Positions 21,716 through 32,801 are shown, counted from the first letter of the stretch. The stretch: 64,000 nucleotides of DNA from an uncultured Gammaproteobacteria bacterium (GCA_963797555.1 CAWCPV010000016.1:64001-128000); one strand, 5' to 3'. Made by a program: numbers and translations. The notes: generated from the sequence alone by a model not told the origin.

Positions 21716-22903
21716 ATGGCCGACACCCTGCTCGTCATCAACGCCGGCTCTTCCAGCATCAAGTTCTCGGTCTACGAGACAGCGGACGGGGGTGGCCTCA
21801 CGGCTGCCTACAAGGGACAGATCGAGGGCATCGGAACGCGGCCGCGCCTGCGCGTGCGCGACCACAGCGGCGTCTCCCTCGTGGACGCCCAGTTCGAGGC
21901 GGCCGAGGTCGCTGATGTGCCGAGCGCCATCGGGCGGGTCGGCGCCTGGCTGCGCGAGCAGTTGGGCGGCAAGCTGCCGGTTGCCGTCGGCCACCGGGTG
22001 GCGCATGGGGGCCCCATTCATGCGGCCCCCGTGGCGGTGGACGAGGAGGTGTTGGCAGTCCTGGAGCGCTTCGTGCCCCTCGCCCCGCTGCACCAACCGA
22101 ACAACCTCCAGCCCATACGGGCGATCCAGCAGGCGTTCCCCGGGCTGCCGCAGGTGGCATGCTTCGATACCGCCTTCCACCGCGGACACCCCGAGGTCGC
22201 GGACCGCTTTGCGATCCCCGACTCGCTTTATCGGGAGGGGGTACGCCGCTACGGTTTCCACGGGCTTTCCTATGAGTACATCGCGCACACGCTGCCGTCC
22301 GTGGCACCGCAGATCGCCGACGGCAAGGTGGTGATCGCGCACCTCGGAAGCGGGGCCAGCATGTGCGCGATCCAGGGGCGGCGCAGCGTCGATACCACGA
22401 TGGGCTTCAGCGCCCTGGACGGGCTGCCGATGGGCACGCGCTGCGGTCAGATCGACCCCGGGGTGCTGCTCTACCTGATGAACGAGAAGGGATACGATGG
22501 CAAGGAGATCGAGCGCCTGCTCTACCACGACTGCGGCTTGAAAGGGCTCTCCGGCATCAGCAACGACGTGCGTGACCTTCTCGCCAGCGCCGACCCGCGG
22601 GCGCGGCTCGCGCTGGACTATTTCGTCTACCGCATCGCTCGCGAGCTGGGCGCCCTCGCGGCCGCCATGAGCGGCATCGACGCTCTGGTGTTGACGGCCG
22701 GCATCAGCGAAAACTCGCCCGAGATGCGGGCCCGCATCTGCGAGGGCGCCGCCTGGCTGGGAGTCCGCCTGGACGAGGCGGCCAACCGGGCCGCAGGCCC
22801 GCGCATCTCCACCGCCGGCTCGCGCGTGTCGGCCTGGGTGATTCCCACCAACGAGGAGCGGATCATCGCCGAGCACACGCTTCGGGTCTGGCGCGGACAG
22901 TAG
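21716..22903 (+). CDS. ackA: Acetate/propionate kinase
   Basis: NAGSSSIK, GHRVAHGG, APLHQP, FDTAFH, RYGFHGLSY, HLGSGAS, PTNEE. Confidence 0.95.
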   Translation: MADTLLVINAGSSSIKFSVYETADGGGLTAAYKGQIEGIGTRPRLRVRDHSGVSLVDAQFEAAEVADVPSAIGRVGAWLREQLGGKLPVAVGHRVAHGGPIHAAPVAVDEEVLAVLERFVPLAPLHQPNNLQPIRAIQQAFPGLPQVACFDTAFHRGHPEVADRFAIPDSLYREGVRRYGFHGLSYEYIAHTLPSVAPQIADGKVVIAHLGSGASMCAIQGRRSVDTTMGFSALDGLPMGTRCGQIDPGVLLYLMNEKGYDGKEIERLLYHDCGLKGLSGISNDVRDLLASADPRARLALDYFVYRIARELGALAAAMSGIDALVLTAGISENSPEMRARICEGAAWLGVRLDEAANRAAGPRISTAGSRVSAWVIPTNEERIIAEHTLRVWRGQ

Positions 22904-22905
22904 GG

Positions 22906-23110
22906 GCGCTGCAAGATGTCCGGTGTGGGGAGATACGGGGCGGATTCCTGGACGGACCGCTCGGCTTCGACGACCCGGTGTCCGAGGCGGCCGCCGATGT
23001 CAAACGCATCGCATCGCCGGGGGCGGGGCACGCGGACATTCTGCTGGCCCCGGGAAGCGGGTAACATGCTCGTCCAGCCACTGGAGCTTCTGGCCGACGC
23101 GCGCCGCGCC
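22906..23110 (+). pseudogene. Decayed fragment of a second pta paralogue
   Basis: CKM...FLDGPLGFDD...ADILL..EAGNML aligns with ~21361-21575, with indels. Confidence 0.8.
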
Positions 23111-23178
23111 CACCCACTGTCCCGGCGTTCGGACAGGACGCCGGCGGGGAGCACCAAGCGGGAGGAGTATCCGTATCC

Positions 23179-23946
23179 ATGACCTGCGACCTGAAAGGCA
23201 AGAAGGGGTTGATCGCCGGCATCGCCAATGCCGAGAGCATCGCTTTCGGCTGCGCGCGGGCGTGTCACGCGGCCGGGGCGGAGCTGCTCGTGGCCTACGG
23301 TCATCCCAAGGCCGAGCCCCACGTGCAGCCCTTGCTGGCGGAGATCGGCAATCCGCCGGCCGTGCTCTGTGATGTGACCGACGAGGGGCAGATGCAAGCC
23401 TTGTTCGAGCAGGCGCGGCAGCGGTGGGGCAAGCTCGATTTCCTGGTCCACTGCATCGCTTTTGCGCCGAAACAGGACTTGCACGGCCGCCTCATCGACT
23501 GCTCCAGTGCCGGCTTCCACACCGCGATGGAGGTCTCTTGCTTCTCCTTCATCCGCATGGCCAAGCTCGCGGAGCCCCTGATGCGGGACGGCGGCTGCCT
23601 CATGACCATGAGCTACTATGGCGCGGAGAAGGTGGTGGCGCGCTACAACGTGATGGGACCGGTCAAGGCGGCCCTGGAAAGCGTGGTGCGCTATCTCGCC
23701 GCCGAGCTTGGCCCGCAGGGCATCCGGGTGCACGCGCTGTCGCCCGGGCCGCTGCGCACCCGTGCCGCTTCCGGCATAGCCGAGTTCGACAAGCTGCTGG
23801 AGCAGGCCGCGCAGCGCTCCCCGCAGAGGCGCCTGGTGTCGACCGACGATGTCGGGGAGACGGTCGCGTTCCTGGCAAGCGATACGGCCTCCGCGCTGAC
23901 CGGGCTCACGCTCCACGTGGATGCCGGATACCACATCATGGGTTGA
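23179..23946 (+). CDS. fabI: Enoyl-ACP reductase
   Basis: GIANAESIAFG, YNVMGPVK (YxxMxxxK), SPGPLRTRAASGI, VDAG. Confidence 0.93.
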   Translation: MTCDLKGKKGLIAGIANAESIAFGCARACHAAGAELLVAYGHPKAEPHVQPLLAEIGNPPAVLCDVTDEGQMQALFEQARQRWGKLDFLVHCIAFAPKQDLHGRLIDCSSAGFHTAMEVSCFSFIRMAKLAEPLMRDGGCLMTMSYYGAEKVVARYNVMGPVKAALESVVRYLAAELGPQGIRVHALSPGPLRTRAASGIAEFDKLLEQAAQRSPQRRLVSTDDVGETVAFLASDTASALTGLTLHVDAGYHIMG

Positions 23947-24075
23947 TGCCCTACCGGGGTCAGCGCGGGTGGGACGGATTCGGTCAGAACCGTCGGCTCT
24001 TGCTTGGCAGCCGCCCGCTGGGCGCCGGCAGTGAAAGTGGGCCCGGCCGTGGCGGCCGTGCGCGCCGGTTCAGAG

Positions 24076-24223
24076 CATGCCATTACACACGTCTCGTCAT
24101 TCCGCCAGGGAATGGCGGAATCCAGGACACAGGGACGTGTTCGGAACAGCCATCCATGGCACTGGATTCCGGCAATCCATGCCGGAATGACGGCGACACT
24201 CCAGTGTTGTGTGTAATGACATG
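24076..24223. repeat. Palindromic REP/MITE-like element, copy 1
   Basis: 15-bp outer IR (catgccattacacac / gtgtgtaatgacatg) enclosing two gtcattccg..cggaatcc hairpins. Confidence 0.85.
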
Positions 24224-24268
24224 GGTTCATAGGCCTGACTCAAGTACAGCCGATGGGAGTAAAAGCTT

Positions 24269-25597
24269 ATGCTCGAACAGTTTGTCCGTTACACACGTGT
24301 TCAGGACATCGTGGGCGATGTCATCCGTCTGTACGCCAAGGGGGTGGCGCTCGGCGACCTGGCCGAGGTGGACAGCAGGGACGGGACCACCTCGCTCGCC
24401 AAGGTGATCGACCTCGAACGCGGCGTCGTGAGCCTGCAGATCTTCGCCGGCGGCAAGGGTCTGTCCACGGACGCGGAGGTGCGCTTTCTAGGGCATCCAC
24501 TGGACGTGATCTACTCGGCGAACATTCTCGGGCGGATCTTCCGCGGCTCCGGAGAGTCCATTGACGGCGGACCCGATCTCAGCGCCGAGCCCCGAATCCC
24601 CGTCGGCGGCCCCACCGTGAACCCGGTCATGCGGGTGATGCCCTCGAAGATGATCGAGACCCGCGTACCCATGATCGACCTGTTCAACTGCCTGGTGGAG
24701 AGCCAGAAGATCCCGATCTTCTCGGTCGCCGGCGAGCCCTACAACGAGCTGCTCGCGCGCATCGGGTTTCAGGCCAACGCCGATGTCGTGGTGTTCGCGG
24801 GCATGGGGCTCATCTTCGACGACTACCACTTCTTCAGGACCGCCTTCGAGGAGCATGGGGTGTTCCATCGCACGGTGATGTTCGTCAACCAGGCATCCGA
24901 CCCCATCGTCGAGCGCCTGCTGGTGCCCGACATGGCGCTTGCGGTGGCCGAGCGCTTCGCGGTGGAGGAAGGCAAGCGGGTACTGGTGCTGCTCACGGAT
25001 ATGACTGCCTATGCCGACGCCATGAAGGAGATCGGCATTGCCCAAGAGCGTATCCCCGCTGTGCGCGGCTACCTCGGAGACCTCTACACGCAGCTCGCGC
25101 AGCGCTATGAGAAGGCTTGTGACTTCAAGGGGGCCGGCTCGGTGACCATCCTCTCGGCAACGACCATGCCGGGTAACGACGTAACGCACCCGGTGCCGGA
25201 CAACACCGGCTACATCACCGAGGGGCAGTTCTATCTGCACGACGGCGTCATCGACCCGTTCGGATCGCTGTCGCGGCTCAAGCAGCACGTGGTCGGCAAG
25301 GCCACCCGCGAGGATCACAGCCAGATCATGAACGCCATGATCCGCCTTTATTCGCAAGCCATCGAGGCGGAGAAGAAGCAAGCCATGGCCTTCGAGCTCT
25401 CACCCTTCGACGAGAAGCTGCTCAAGTTCGGGCGGCTGTTCAGGGAACGGTTCATGGACATCCGAGTCTCCCTGCCCGTCATCGAGGCCCTCGACCTCTG
25501 TTGGCAAACCCTCGCCGAGTGTTTCGAGCCCCAGGAGCTACTCATGAAGCAGGCCCTCGTCGACAAGTATTTCCCGCACCGCACAGCGGCCCATTGA
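24269..25597 (+). CDS. ntpB: V/A-type ATPase subunit B
   Basis: SQKIPIFS, LTDMTAYAD, GYLGDLY, THPVPDNTGYITEGQ, SLSRLK. Confidence 0.94.
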   Translation: MLEQFVRYTRVQDIVGDVIRLYAKGVALGDLAEVDSRDGTTSLAKVIDLERGVVSLQIFAGGKGLSTDAEVRFLGHPLDVIYSANILGRIFRGSGESIDGGPDLSAEPRIPVGGPTVNPVMRVMPSKMIETRVPMIDLFNCLVESQKIPIFSVAGEPYNELLARIGFQANADVVVFAGMGLIFDDYHFFRTAFEEHGVFHRTVMFVNQASDPIVERLLVPDMALAVAERFAVEEGKRVLVLLTDMTAYADAMKEIGIAQERIPAVRGYLGDLYTQLAQRYEKACDFKGAGSVTILSATTMPGNDVTHPVPDNTGYITEGQFYLHDGVIDPFGSLSRLKQHVVGKATREDHSQIMNAMIRLYSQAIEAEKKQAMAFELSPFDEKLLKFGRLFRERFMDIRVSLPVIEALDLCWQTLAECFEPQELLMKQALVDKYFPHRTAAH

Positions 25598-25621
25598 GAA
25601 GCCAACACCGGCGCTCCCTTC

Positions 25622-26243
25622 ATGGCCAAGCTCAAGCTCAGCAAGCACTCGCTCCAGCAGCAGCGAGAGCAGCTCAAACTCTACCAGAAGCTGCTGCCCT
25701 CTCTCGATCTCAAGCGCCGTCAGCTCACCATAGAGGCGCAGAAGGCCGGGGTCGAGTTCCAGGCCGCCGATGCGGCCGCAGCCGCAGTGGCGCAGAAGAT
25801 CGGCGCCGAGATCCCCATGCTCGCTGGGGATCGAGGGTCCTTGAGCGGACTCGTTCGCATCACCGGGCGCAGGCTGGTCGAGCAGAACGTGGTCGGGGTG
25901 AAGCTGCCGGCACTCGACAGCCTGGAGATCGAGGTCGCCGACTACCCTCGGCTCGCCACGCCCGCCTGGGTGGACGTGCTGGTCGAACGCCTGCGGGAAG
26001 CGGCCACGCTCCGCATCCGTGCGGAGGTAGCCGGCGAGCGGGTCAGGATCCTGGAGCCGGGCGGTGCGGCGCGTGACCCAGCGCGTCAACCTGTTCGAGA
26101 GGATCCTCATCCCGAATGCCAAGCGCAACATTCAGCGCATCCAGATCTTTCTCGGTGACCTCGAGCGCGCAGCCGTGGTCACCTCGAAGCTCGCCAAGGC
26201 CAAGCAGCAAGGCGGGCGTGCGAGCACGGAGGGCCTGCCATGA
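25622..26243 (+). CDS. ntpD: V/A-type ATPase subunit D, frameshift ~26059
   Basis: LPSLDLKRRQL, NVVGVKLP, then TQRVNLFERILIP in the next frame. Confidence 0.9.
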
Positions 26244-28013
26244 GCATCGTCGCACTGAGCCGTGTCACCCTGGTCGGACACCTCGCCGACAAGGAGACGG
26301 TGCTGGCGGACCTGCAGGCCATGGGGTGCCTCGAGCTGATACCGCTCACCGCACCCGGCGAGGCCGCCTCCGATGCGAGCACTCGCCCCGGCGCGCGCCA
26401 GGCGCTCAAGTTCTTGCTCGCCTATCCGCAGCGGCGCCGTCAAGCGACGGATGCGAGCCGCTTCGATGCGGAGGCGGTGGAACGCCAGGCGCTAGAGCTG
26501 GAGCAACGCCTGCACGCGCTGGAGGAGGAGCATGACTTCCTGGTGCAGCGCCTCGACTCCCTGCGTCCCTGGGGGGCGTTCGATCTTCCGCCGCTCGAGG
26601 CCATGGGGGGCCAGCGTCTCTGGTTCTACGTCAGTGCCGCACAAGGACATGAAGCAGGTCGAGGCTACGGGCCTCAACTGGGAGGCGGTGGGCCGCGATA
26701 ACCGCTTTGCCTACGTCGTGGTGGTCTCGCCAGAGGAGCCGGCCGCCATGCCGGTCCGGCGCGCGCACCTGGGTGCCAAGCCACGGCGTGAGCTGGAGCA
26801 GCGGCTGGAGGAGGCGGAGCTCGCCATCGAGGATGCCCAGGCCGAGCGTGCCTGGCTCACACGATGGTGTCTGCTGCTCGCACGCAGCCTCCACTGGCTG
26901 GAGGATAAGGCGGCACGGGCAAATGCTTTGCGTCAGACCTACGACAGCGATCCCGTGTTCGCCCTGCAAGGCTGGGCACCCAAGGATCGACTGGATGAGC
27001 TTGGCGTCTATGCACACCAGCACGGGCTCCTCCTGGAGGCGGCCGATCCGGCGCCCGGCGAGACCCCGCCCACACTGCTGCGCAATCCCCCTCAGATCAC
27101 TGCGGGCGAGGACCTCGTCAACTTCTACATGACGCCCGGCTATCGGACCTGGGACCCGTCCAGCGTGGTCTTTCTCTCGTTCACGCTGTTCTTCGCGATG
27201 ATCCTCGCAGATGCGGGATACGCAGCGCTCCTGGGCCTACTGCTGGTCTATCTGTGGTCCCGCATGGGCGGCTCCGATACGGGACGGCGCTTTCGCTCGC
27301 TGGGGCTCGCCCTGGTGCTCGCCGCGCTCGTCTATGGCGTCGCCGTGGGGAGCTACTTCGGCCTGGAGCCCCCTCCCCAATCGCTGCTCGGGCATCTCCA
27401 CCTGCTCCACATGACCAACACCGGCACCATGATGGCGATCTCCGTCGTGATCGGCGCCGGTCACGTGGTGCTCGGCAACCTGATGAACGCCTGGCGCTAT
27501 GGGCGACACCCGCAGGCACTCGCTCCGGTCGGGTGGGCCTGCCTGGTCGGCGGCGGGCTGCTGCTCGTGGCGGGCGTCTCGCTCAAGACGACGTGGCTTG
27601 GCGAGATCGGCAAAGGGCTCATGGTGCTGGGAGTGGCGCTCGTGGTGCTGTTCGCCGGGGTCGGGTTGCCACCGCTCAAGCGGCTGGCCCACGGGCTCCT
27701 CGACCTGCATAGAGTCACCGGCGCGTTCGGCGACGTGCTGAGCTACCTGCGGCTCTTCGCCCTGGGGCTCGCCAGCGTCTCGGTTGCGGAGGGCTTCAAC
27801 GACATGGCCATGCAGGCCAAGGCCGGCCTGCCCGGGCTGGGGCTGTTGCTCGCCCTGCTGATCCTGCTCGTCGGCCATACGCTCAACCTGCTCATCGGCG
27901 TCTCGGGCGGTGTCATCCACGGCATGCGCCTCAACGTCATCGAGTTCTTCAACTGGGGCCTCAAGGAGGAGGGCCGGTTGTTCAAGCCTTTCAAACGTTC
28001 GGAGGATACCTGA
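26240..28013 (+). CDS. ntpI: V/A-type ATPase subunit I (a), frameshift ~26633
   Basis: PPTLLRNP, DPS...FFAMILADAGY, DVLSYLRLFALGLA, HGMRLNVIEFF. Confidence 0.92.
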
Positions 28014-28471
28014 TGGAACCGTTGATTCTGACACTGGGCTGGGTCGGCATCTTTGCGCCGCTCGCTCTCGGTGCAATCGGCAGCATGGTGGGCTGCTCGC
28101 GCGCTGGCATGGCGGCCGCCGGTGCCATGCTCGATGTGGAAAGCGGTTACGGCCGCTTCGTCGCCGTTGCGGCGATGCCCTCGACGCAGACCATCCTCGG
28201 CATCGTTGTCATGATGACCCTGAACCGGCCGGTCACGGCGGTGAACGCCCCCGCCCTGTTCGGCATCGGGTTGCTCGTGGGACTCGCCTTCATGGTGGGC
28301 TCCTTCGCCCAAGGCAGCGCGTGTGCGGCAGCGATCAACGCCTCGAAGAGCAAGCCCGAGGTGTTCGGGATCTCGCTGGCGCCGCCGGCACTGGTCGAGG
28401 GATTCGCGGTGTTCGCGTTCGTGTTCGCCCTGGTGCTGGCAGGCAGCATCCCGGGCGGTACCGTGAAATAG
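28013..28471 (+). CDS. ntpK: V/A-type ATPase subunit K (c), four TM helices
   Basis: Duplicated hairpin, PSTQ, AQG, ion-binding Glu in LVEGFAVF. Confidence 0.9.
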   Translation: MEPLILTLGWVGIFAPLALGAIGSMVGCSRAGMAAAGAMLDVESGYGRFVAVAAMPSTQTILGIVVMMTLNRPVTAVNAPALFGIGLLVGLAFMVGSFAQGSACAAAINASKSKPEVFGISLAPPALVEGFAVFAFVFALVLAGSIPGGTVK

Positions 28472-28489
28472 GCTCCATCGGAGGCAGCC

Positions 28490-29149
28490 ATGGCAGAAGC
28501 AACCACGACATCACCGGGTCTGCAGGCGCTGATCGACCGAATCCGCGATGACGCCGTGAAATCCGGTCGGGAGGAAGCCGAGCGCATTCTGGCCGAGGCG
28601 CGTGCCGAAGCGGCCAGGATTCTGGCTGAAGCGAAGGCCGAAGCAGAGTCGACCCGCGACAAGGCACGGGCCGAGATCGAGGCCCATCGTGTCGCCTCCC
28701 TCGAGGCCCTCAAGCTCGCTGCACGCGACACGGTGCTCAGCCTGAAATCGAATGTGACGGCGGCGTTCGAGACCTTCGTGAAGCGCCTGGTCACGTCGGC
28801 GACCCGCGATGAGGAGCTGATCCGGGCGGTGGTGCTGGTGCTCGCCGGACATGCCGTCGAGGAGTTCATCCAGGACAAGGAGATCCAGATCCTGGTCTCC
28901 GACGTGATCCTCGGCGGGCAGGCGGACGAGCGGCTGCGGGAGCGCGGCAAGCAGGCCATCCTGGAGATCTCGAGCGACATGCTGCGGGAGGGGGTGGAGC
29001 TGATCCCCTCGAGCGACATCCAGGGCGGTGCGCGGGTGCGGCTGGTCAAGGACAGACTCGACATCGATCTCACCGATGAGGCCGTCGCGCGCATGCTGTA
29101 CGAGCGCACACTGCCGCGGTTTCGCGCCATCCTGGAGGGTGCGGAGTAG
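28490..29149 (+). CDS. ntpE: V/A-type ATPase subunit E
   Basis: LIDRIRDDAV..G.EEA..I coiled coil, C-terminal IDLTDEAV. Confidence 0.85.
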   Translation: MAEATTTSPGLQALIDRIRDDAVKSGREEAERILAEARAEAARILAEAKAEAESTRDKARAEIEAHRVASLEALKLAARDTVLSLKSNVTAAFETFVKRLVTSATRDEELIRAVVLVLAGHAVEEFIQDKEIQILVSDVILGGQADERLRERGKQAILEISSDMLREGVELIPSSDIQGGARVRLVKDRLDIDLTDEAVARMLYERTLPRFRAILEGAE

Positions 29150-29155
29150 GCATCC

Positions 29156-29821
29156 ATGGGAGCGTACTACACGCTGGTGACGAGCCTGCCGCTCATGCCG
29201 CATTTCGCGCGCGCGGAGCGCATTCCCATCACCCGTCTACGCCTGGAGCAGCGCCTGCGCATGCTGGAGCCCGAGGCGGCGGAGCAACTCGCACGGGTGG
29301 AGCCACTGTTCGCCTGGGGGCCGCCCCAGCTCATGGCGCGCACCGACCGCGAGGTGGCGGAGCAGTACCGCGCGGCCCTCGCGCTGGCGCTCCGCCCCGC
29401 GCTGCGCGCGCTGTTGGAGTTTCGGGTGGACCAGCTCACGCTGCTGGCTGCCCTGCGGCGCCGCCGCTCAGGACTGCGGCCGGGGGGCGCAACGGCCTGG
29501 GGGGCGGGGCGCTGGGTGCGCTGGATCGAGGCCCATTGGGACGACCCGGACTTCCGGCTCGCCGGCCAGTATCCCTGGCTTCCCGAGGCGCGCGGCTTGC
29601 TCGAGGCGCGCGATGCGGTGGGGCTGGAGCGAGTGGTGATGGACGCGGCATGGCAGCGGGCGACCCGCATCGCCGGGCAGGATCAGTTCGGTTTCGAGGC
29701 GGTAGCCGCCTATGTGTTCAAGTGGGACATCGTGGCCAGTTGGGTTGCGCGCGACGCCGACGCGGCCGGGGCACGTTTCCAGGACCTAATCGTCGAGGTC
29801 AGCCATGGCAAACAGAACTGA
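29156..29821 (+). CDS. DUF2764 family protein (V-ATPase subunit C-like)
   Basis: YYTLVTSLP start, F.FEAV.AY end, lies between E and A. Confidence 0.8.
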   Translation: MGAYYTLVTSLPLMPHFARAERIPITRLRLEQRLRMLEPEAAEQLARVEPLFAWGPPQLMARTDREVAEQYRAALALALRPALRALLEFRVDQLTLLAALRRRRSGLRPGGATAWGAGRWVRWIEAHWDDPDFRLAGQYPWLPEARGLLEARDAVGLERVVMDAAWQRATRIAGQDQFGFEAVAAYVFKWDIVASWVARDADAAGARFQDLIVEVSHGKQN

Positions 29822-31631
29822 GTCACATACAGCCAAGACCGCCACCGTGGTCGGGGTGCGCGAGAGCCTCGTCGTCGTCGAGGTGGATGAGCAGACGCCC
29901 ATCACGAAGAACGAGGTGGGCTACGTCCGCGTCGGCGAGGAGCGCCTCAAGGCCGAAGTCCTTCGCATCCAGGGGCGTACCGCAGATATGCAGGTGTTCG
30001 AAGATACGCGCGGGGTGAAGGTCGGCGACACCGTCGAGCTCACCGGGGAGATGCTCTCGGTAGTGCTCGGACCCGGGCTGCTCGGGCAGGTCTTCGACGG
30101 ACTGCAGAGTCCGCTGCACGTGCTCGCCAAGCGCCACGGCTTCTTCTTGCCACGCGGGGTGGCTGTTCCCGCGCTGGACTTGGAAAAAAAGTGGACCTTT
30201 ACCCCGAGCGTCGCAGTCCATGACCGCCTGCCACCCGGCGGGGTGCTGGGCAGCGTGCGCGAGGGACCCTTCCTGCACAAGATCATGGTGCCGTTCAACG
30301 AGCCCCGCCCGGTGGAGGTGACCTGGATCCGCGAAGGCAGCTTCACCCTCGAAGAGCCCGTGGCGCGCGTCCAAGGTGCGGAGGGTTCCGAGCGCTCCCT
30401 CACCATGACGCAGCGTTGGCCGGTGCGCCGGTCCATTCCGGAAGGTATGCTGCGCCGCCGTTTCGTCGAACGGCTCTATCCGAGTGAACCGCTCACCACG
30501 GCCACCCGCATCATCGATACCTTCTTCCCGATTGCGCGCGGCGGCACCGGCTGCATCCCGGGGCCCTTCGGCGCGGGCAAGACGGTGCTCCAGAGCACCA
30601 TCGCCCGTTACTCCACGGTGGATATCGTGATCATCGTGGCGTGCGGCGAACGTGCGGGCGAGGTGGTGGAAACCATCACGCTGTACCCCGAGACCCAGGA
30701 CCCGCGCACCGGCGGGACCCTGATGGACCGGACCATCATCATTTGCAATACGTCTTCGATGCCGGTGGCGGCGCGGGAGGCGTCCATCTATACCGGCGTC
30801 ACTCTGGGCGAATATTACCGGCAGATGGGCTACCATGTGCTTCTGATCGCCGACTCCACCTCGCGCTGGGCACAGGCCATGCGCGAGACCTCGGGGCGCA
30901 TGGAGGAGATTCCGGGAGAGGAAGCCTTCCCGGCCTATCTCGACTCGTCTATCAAGAGCCTCTACGAGCGGGCAGGCGTCATCCGCTGCCCCGACGGCGC
31001 CGTGGGCACCCTCACGATGATCGGCACGGTATCGCCGGCCGGCGGCAACTTCGAGGAGCCGGTGACACAGTCGACCCTCGGCAGCGTCAAGACCTTCCTC
31101 GGGCTCTCCTACGACCGCGCCTACAAGCGCTTTTACCCCGCCATCGACCCCCTGATCTCGTGGTCCCGCTACCTCGACCAGCTCGATCCCTGGTTCCGCG
31201 CCCAGCTCGATCCCGACTGGACACGTGACGTGAAGCGCTTCCACGAGCTGCTCAGCCGGGGCGACGCCATCCACCAGATGATGCAGGTCACGGGGGAAGA
31301 GGGAATCAGCCTCGAGGATTTCGTCACCTGGCAGAAGTCCCTGCTGCTGGACCTGGTATACCTGCAACAGGATGCTTTCGACGAGGTGGATGCTGCGGTG
31401 CCGCGCGAGCGGCAGCTCGAGAGCTTCCGGCTACTCAAGCGCGTGATCGAACGCGACTATCCGTTCAAGGACAAGGACGAAGCGCGGGCATTCTTCACTC
31501 GCCTCACCGCTCTTTACAGGAACTGGAATTACGCCCCGCCCGCCTCCCCCGACTATCAGCGCTACTGGCAGCAAATCGAGGCGCTGGCCGCAGGCTCCCC
31601 GGGGACCGAAAGCTTGGAGGCCGCTGCTTAG
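29805..31631 (+). CDS. ntpA: V/A-type ATPase catalytic subunit A
   Basis: [45 protein letters not shown]. Confidence 0.95.
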   Translation: MANRTESHTAKTATVVGVRESLVVVEVDEQTPITKNEVGYVRVGEERLKAEVLRIQGRTADMQVFEDTRGVKVGDTVELTGEMLSVVLGPGLLGQVFDGLQSPLHVLAKRHGFFLPRGVAVPALDLEKKWTFTPSVAVHDRLPPGGVLGSVREGPFLHKIMVPFNEPRPVEVTWIREGSFTLEEPVARVQGAEGSERSLTMTQRWPVRRSIPEGMLRRRFVERLYPSEPLTTATRIIDTFFPIARGGTGCIPGPFGAGKTVLQSTIARYSTVDIVIIVACGERAGEVVETITLYPETQDPRTGGTLMDRTIIICNTSSMPVAAREASIYTGVTLGEYYRQMGYHVLLIADSTSRWAQAMRETSGRMEEIPGEEAFPAYLDSSIKSLYERAGVIRCPDGAVGTLTMIGTVSPAGGNFEEPVTQSTLGSVKTFLGLSYDRAYKRFYPAIDPLISWSRYLDQLDPWFRAQLDPDWTRDVKRFHELLSRGDAIHQMMQVTGEEGISLEDFVTWQKSLLLDLVYLQQDAFDEVDAAVPRERQLESFRLLKRVIERDYPFKDKDEARAFFTRLTALYRNWNYAPPASPDYQRYWQQIEALAAGSPGTESLEAAA

Positions 31632-32000
31632 CGAGCACAAGGCAAGAATGGGTTGAGCGCCGTCATCACTATTTTCCTCGCCGGCTGCGCGAGTTGAGGG
31701 CCGTGTCCGCGTAGCGCAGCTTCACGTAGATCCCGATCCACAGGGCCTTGCGCCGAGAGCGGGCAGCTCTCGCGGGTCATCCTACACCGATCTGGATGAC
31801 GCCTAGATCGTTGTCAGCGCTACGCTGGCCTAAAACCTTTCATTGAACCCTCCTTCGCTGGGTGGGTGGCGCCGAAAATTTCGCTGTCCCCTAAAATCTA
31901 CCAGCAAGTATGCGCGGCCTAACATCGCGGTCGACCGAGAAGGACCTGGGCGTCATAATCGGCAAGGTTTGAAGCCAAGAAGGAGGCCCGGTGCAAGCAC

Positions 32001-32801
32001 ATGGACATCGGGGGGCTAGACATTTCACCGAAGGCGACGCCCTTCGGGTTCTCTGTGCGCCGCTCCGGCGGGCACATGTCGCGCTCGATGATGCTGCCCG
32101 AACTCCGGTTACTCTTACCAGCGGTTTCTGCGCATGCCGGCCGCGCCGAATACCGTACCGCAATCATGGAAGACAACGTTCTCGGCAAGCCCACCTTTTC
32201 GAGCCGCCGCAAGGCGGAGGAGCATCTGTACGAGCTTTACGGCCTCGATCCGTCTTTGGCCCTGTTCCGAGTACTGAGGCGCTTCGCTGCCGAAGACGCG
32301 GATAGCCTGCCGTTGCTTGCTCTGATCTGCGCCTTCTGCCGCGACGCGCAGCTTCGGGCGAGCTTCCCGCTGATCGAAGACCTGAAGCTCGGTGAATTAC
32401 TGCCGCGGGAACGGATGGAATCGCACCTGGAGGCTGCCTTTCCCGGGCAGTACAGCGCTAACATGAGGGCCGGACTGGCAAAGAACGTCAACACCACTTG
32501 GACCGCGGCGGGACACCTGATCGGCAGGGCCGTCAAGAGAAAGGCAAGACCACAGCCCCGAGTCGCCGCTTCGGCCTATGCCATGTTCGCCGGCTACCTG
32601 CTCGGCCTGCGAGGAGAGATTCTGGTCTCCTCCGTCTTCGCCCGACTGGTCGGCGCGGACCCGTCCGTGATCGTTGCCCACCTGTCGACCGCGGCGCGCA
32701 ACGGCTGGCTCCGCTTCCGGCACGCTGGCGGGGTGATGGAGATCGACTTCTCGGGCCTGCTGCTCCCCAAAGAAGAGGCGTTACTGCATGGCGCGCATTG
32801 A
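32001..32801 (+). CDS. brxA: BREX BrxA-like protein
   Basis: First gene of the operon, overlaps brxB; N.LGK.T...R and W...GHL motifs; call rests largely on synteny. Confidence 0.7.
   Translation: MDIGGLDISPKATPFGFSVRRSGGHMSRSMMLPELRLLLPAVSAHAGRAEYRTAIMEDNVLGKPTFSSRRKAEEHLYELYGLDPSLALFRVLRRFAAEDADSLPLLALICAFCRDAQLRASFPLIEDLKLGELLPRERMESHLEAAFPGQYSANMRAGLAKNVNTTWTAAGHLIGRAVKRKARPQPRVAASAYAMFAGYLLGLRGEILVSSVFARLVGADPSVIVAHLSTAARNGWLRFRHAGGVMEIDFSGLLLPKEEALLHGAH

Noticed and set aside
985-24268. FNR/FixK boxes expected ahead of the fermentation genes
   Set aside because: No convincing TTGAT-N4-ATCAA found by eye in the intergenic regions
31632-32000. Possible tRNA/att site or WYL operator at the island's left edge
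   Set aside because: Only short hairpins; no cloverleaf, integrase, matching direct repeat or GCGACA motif
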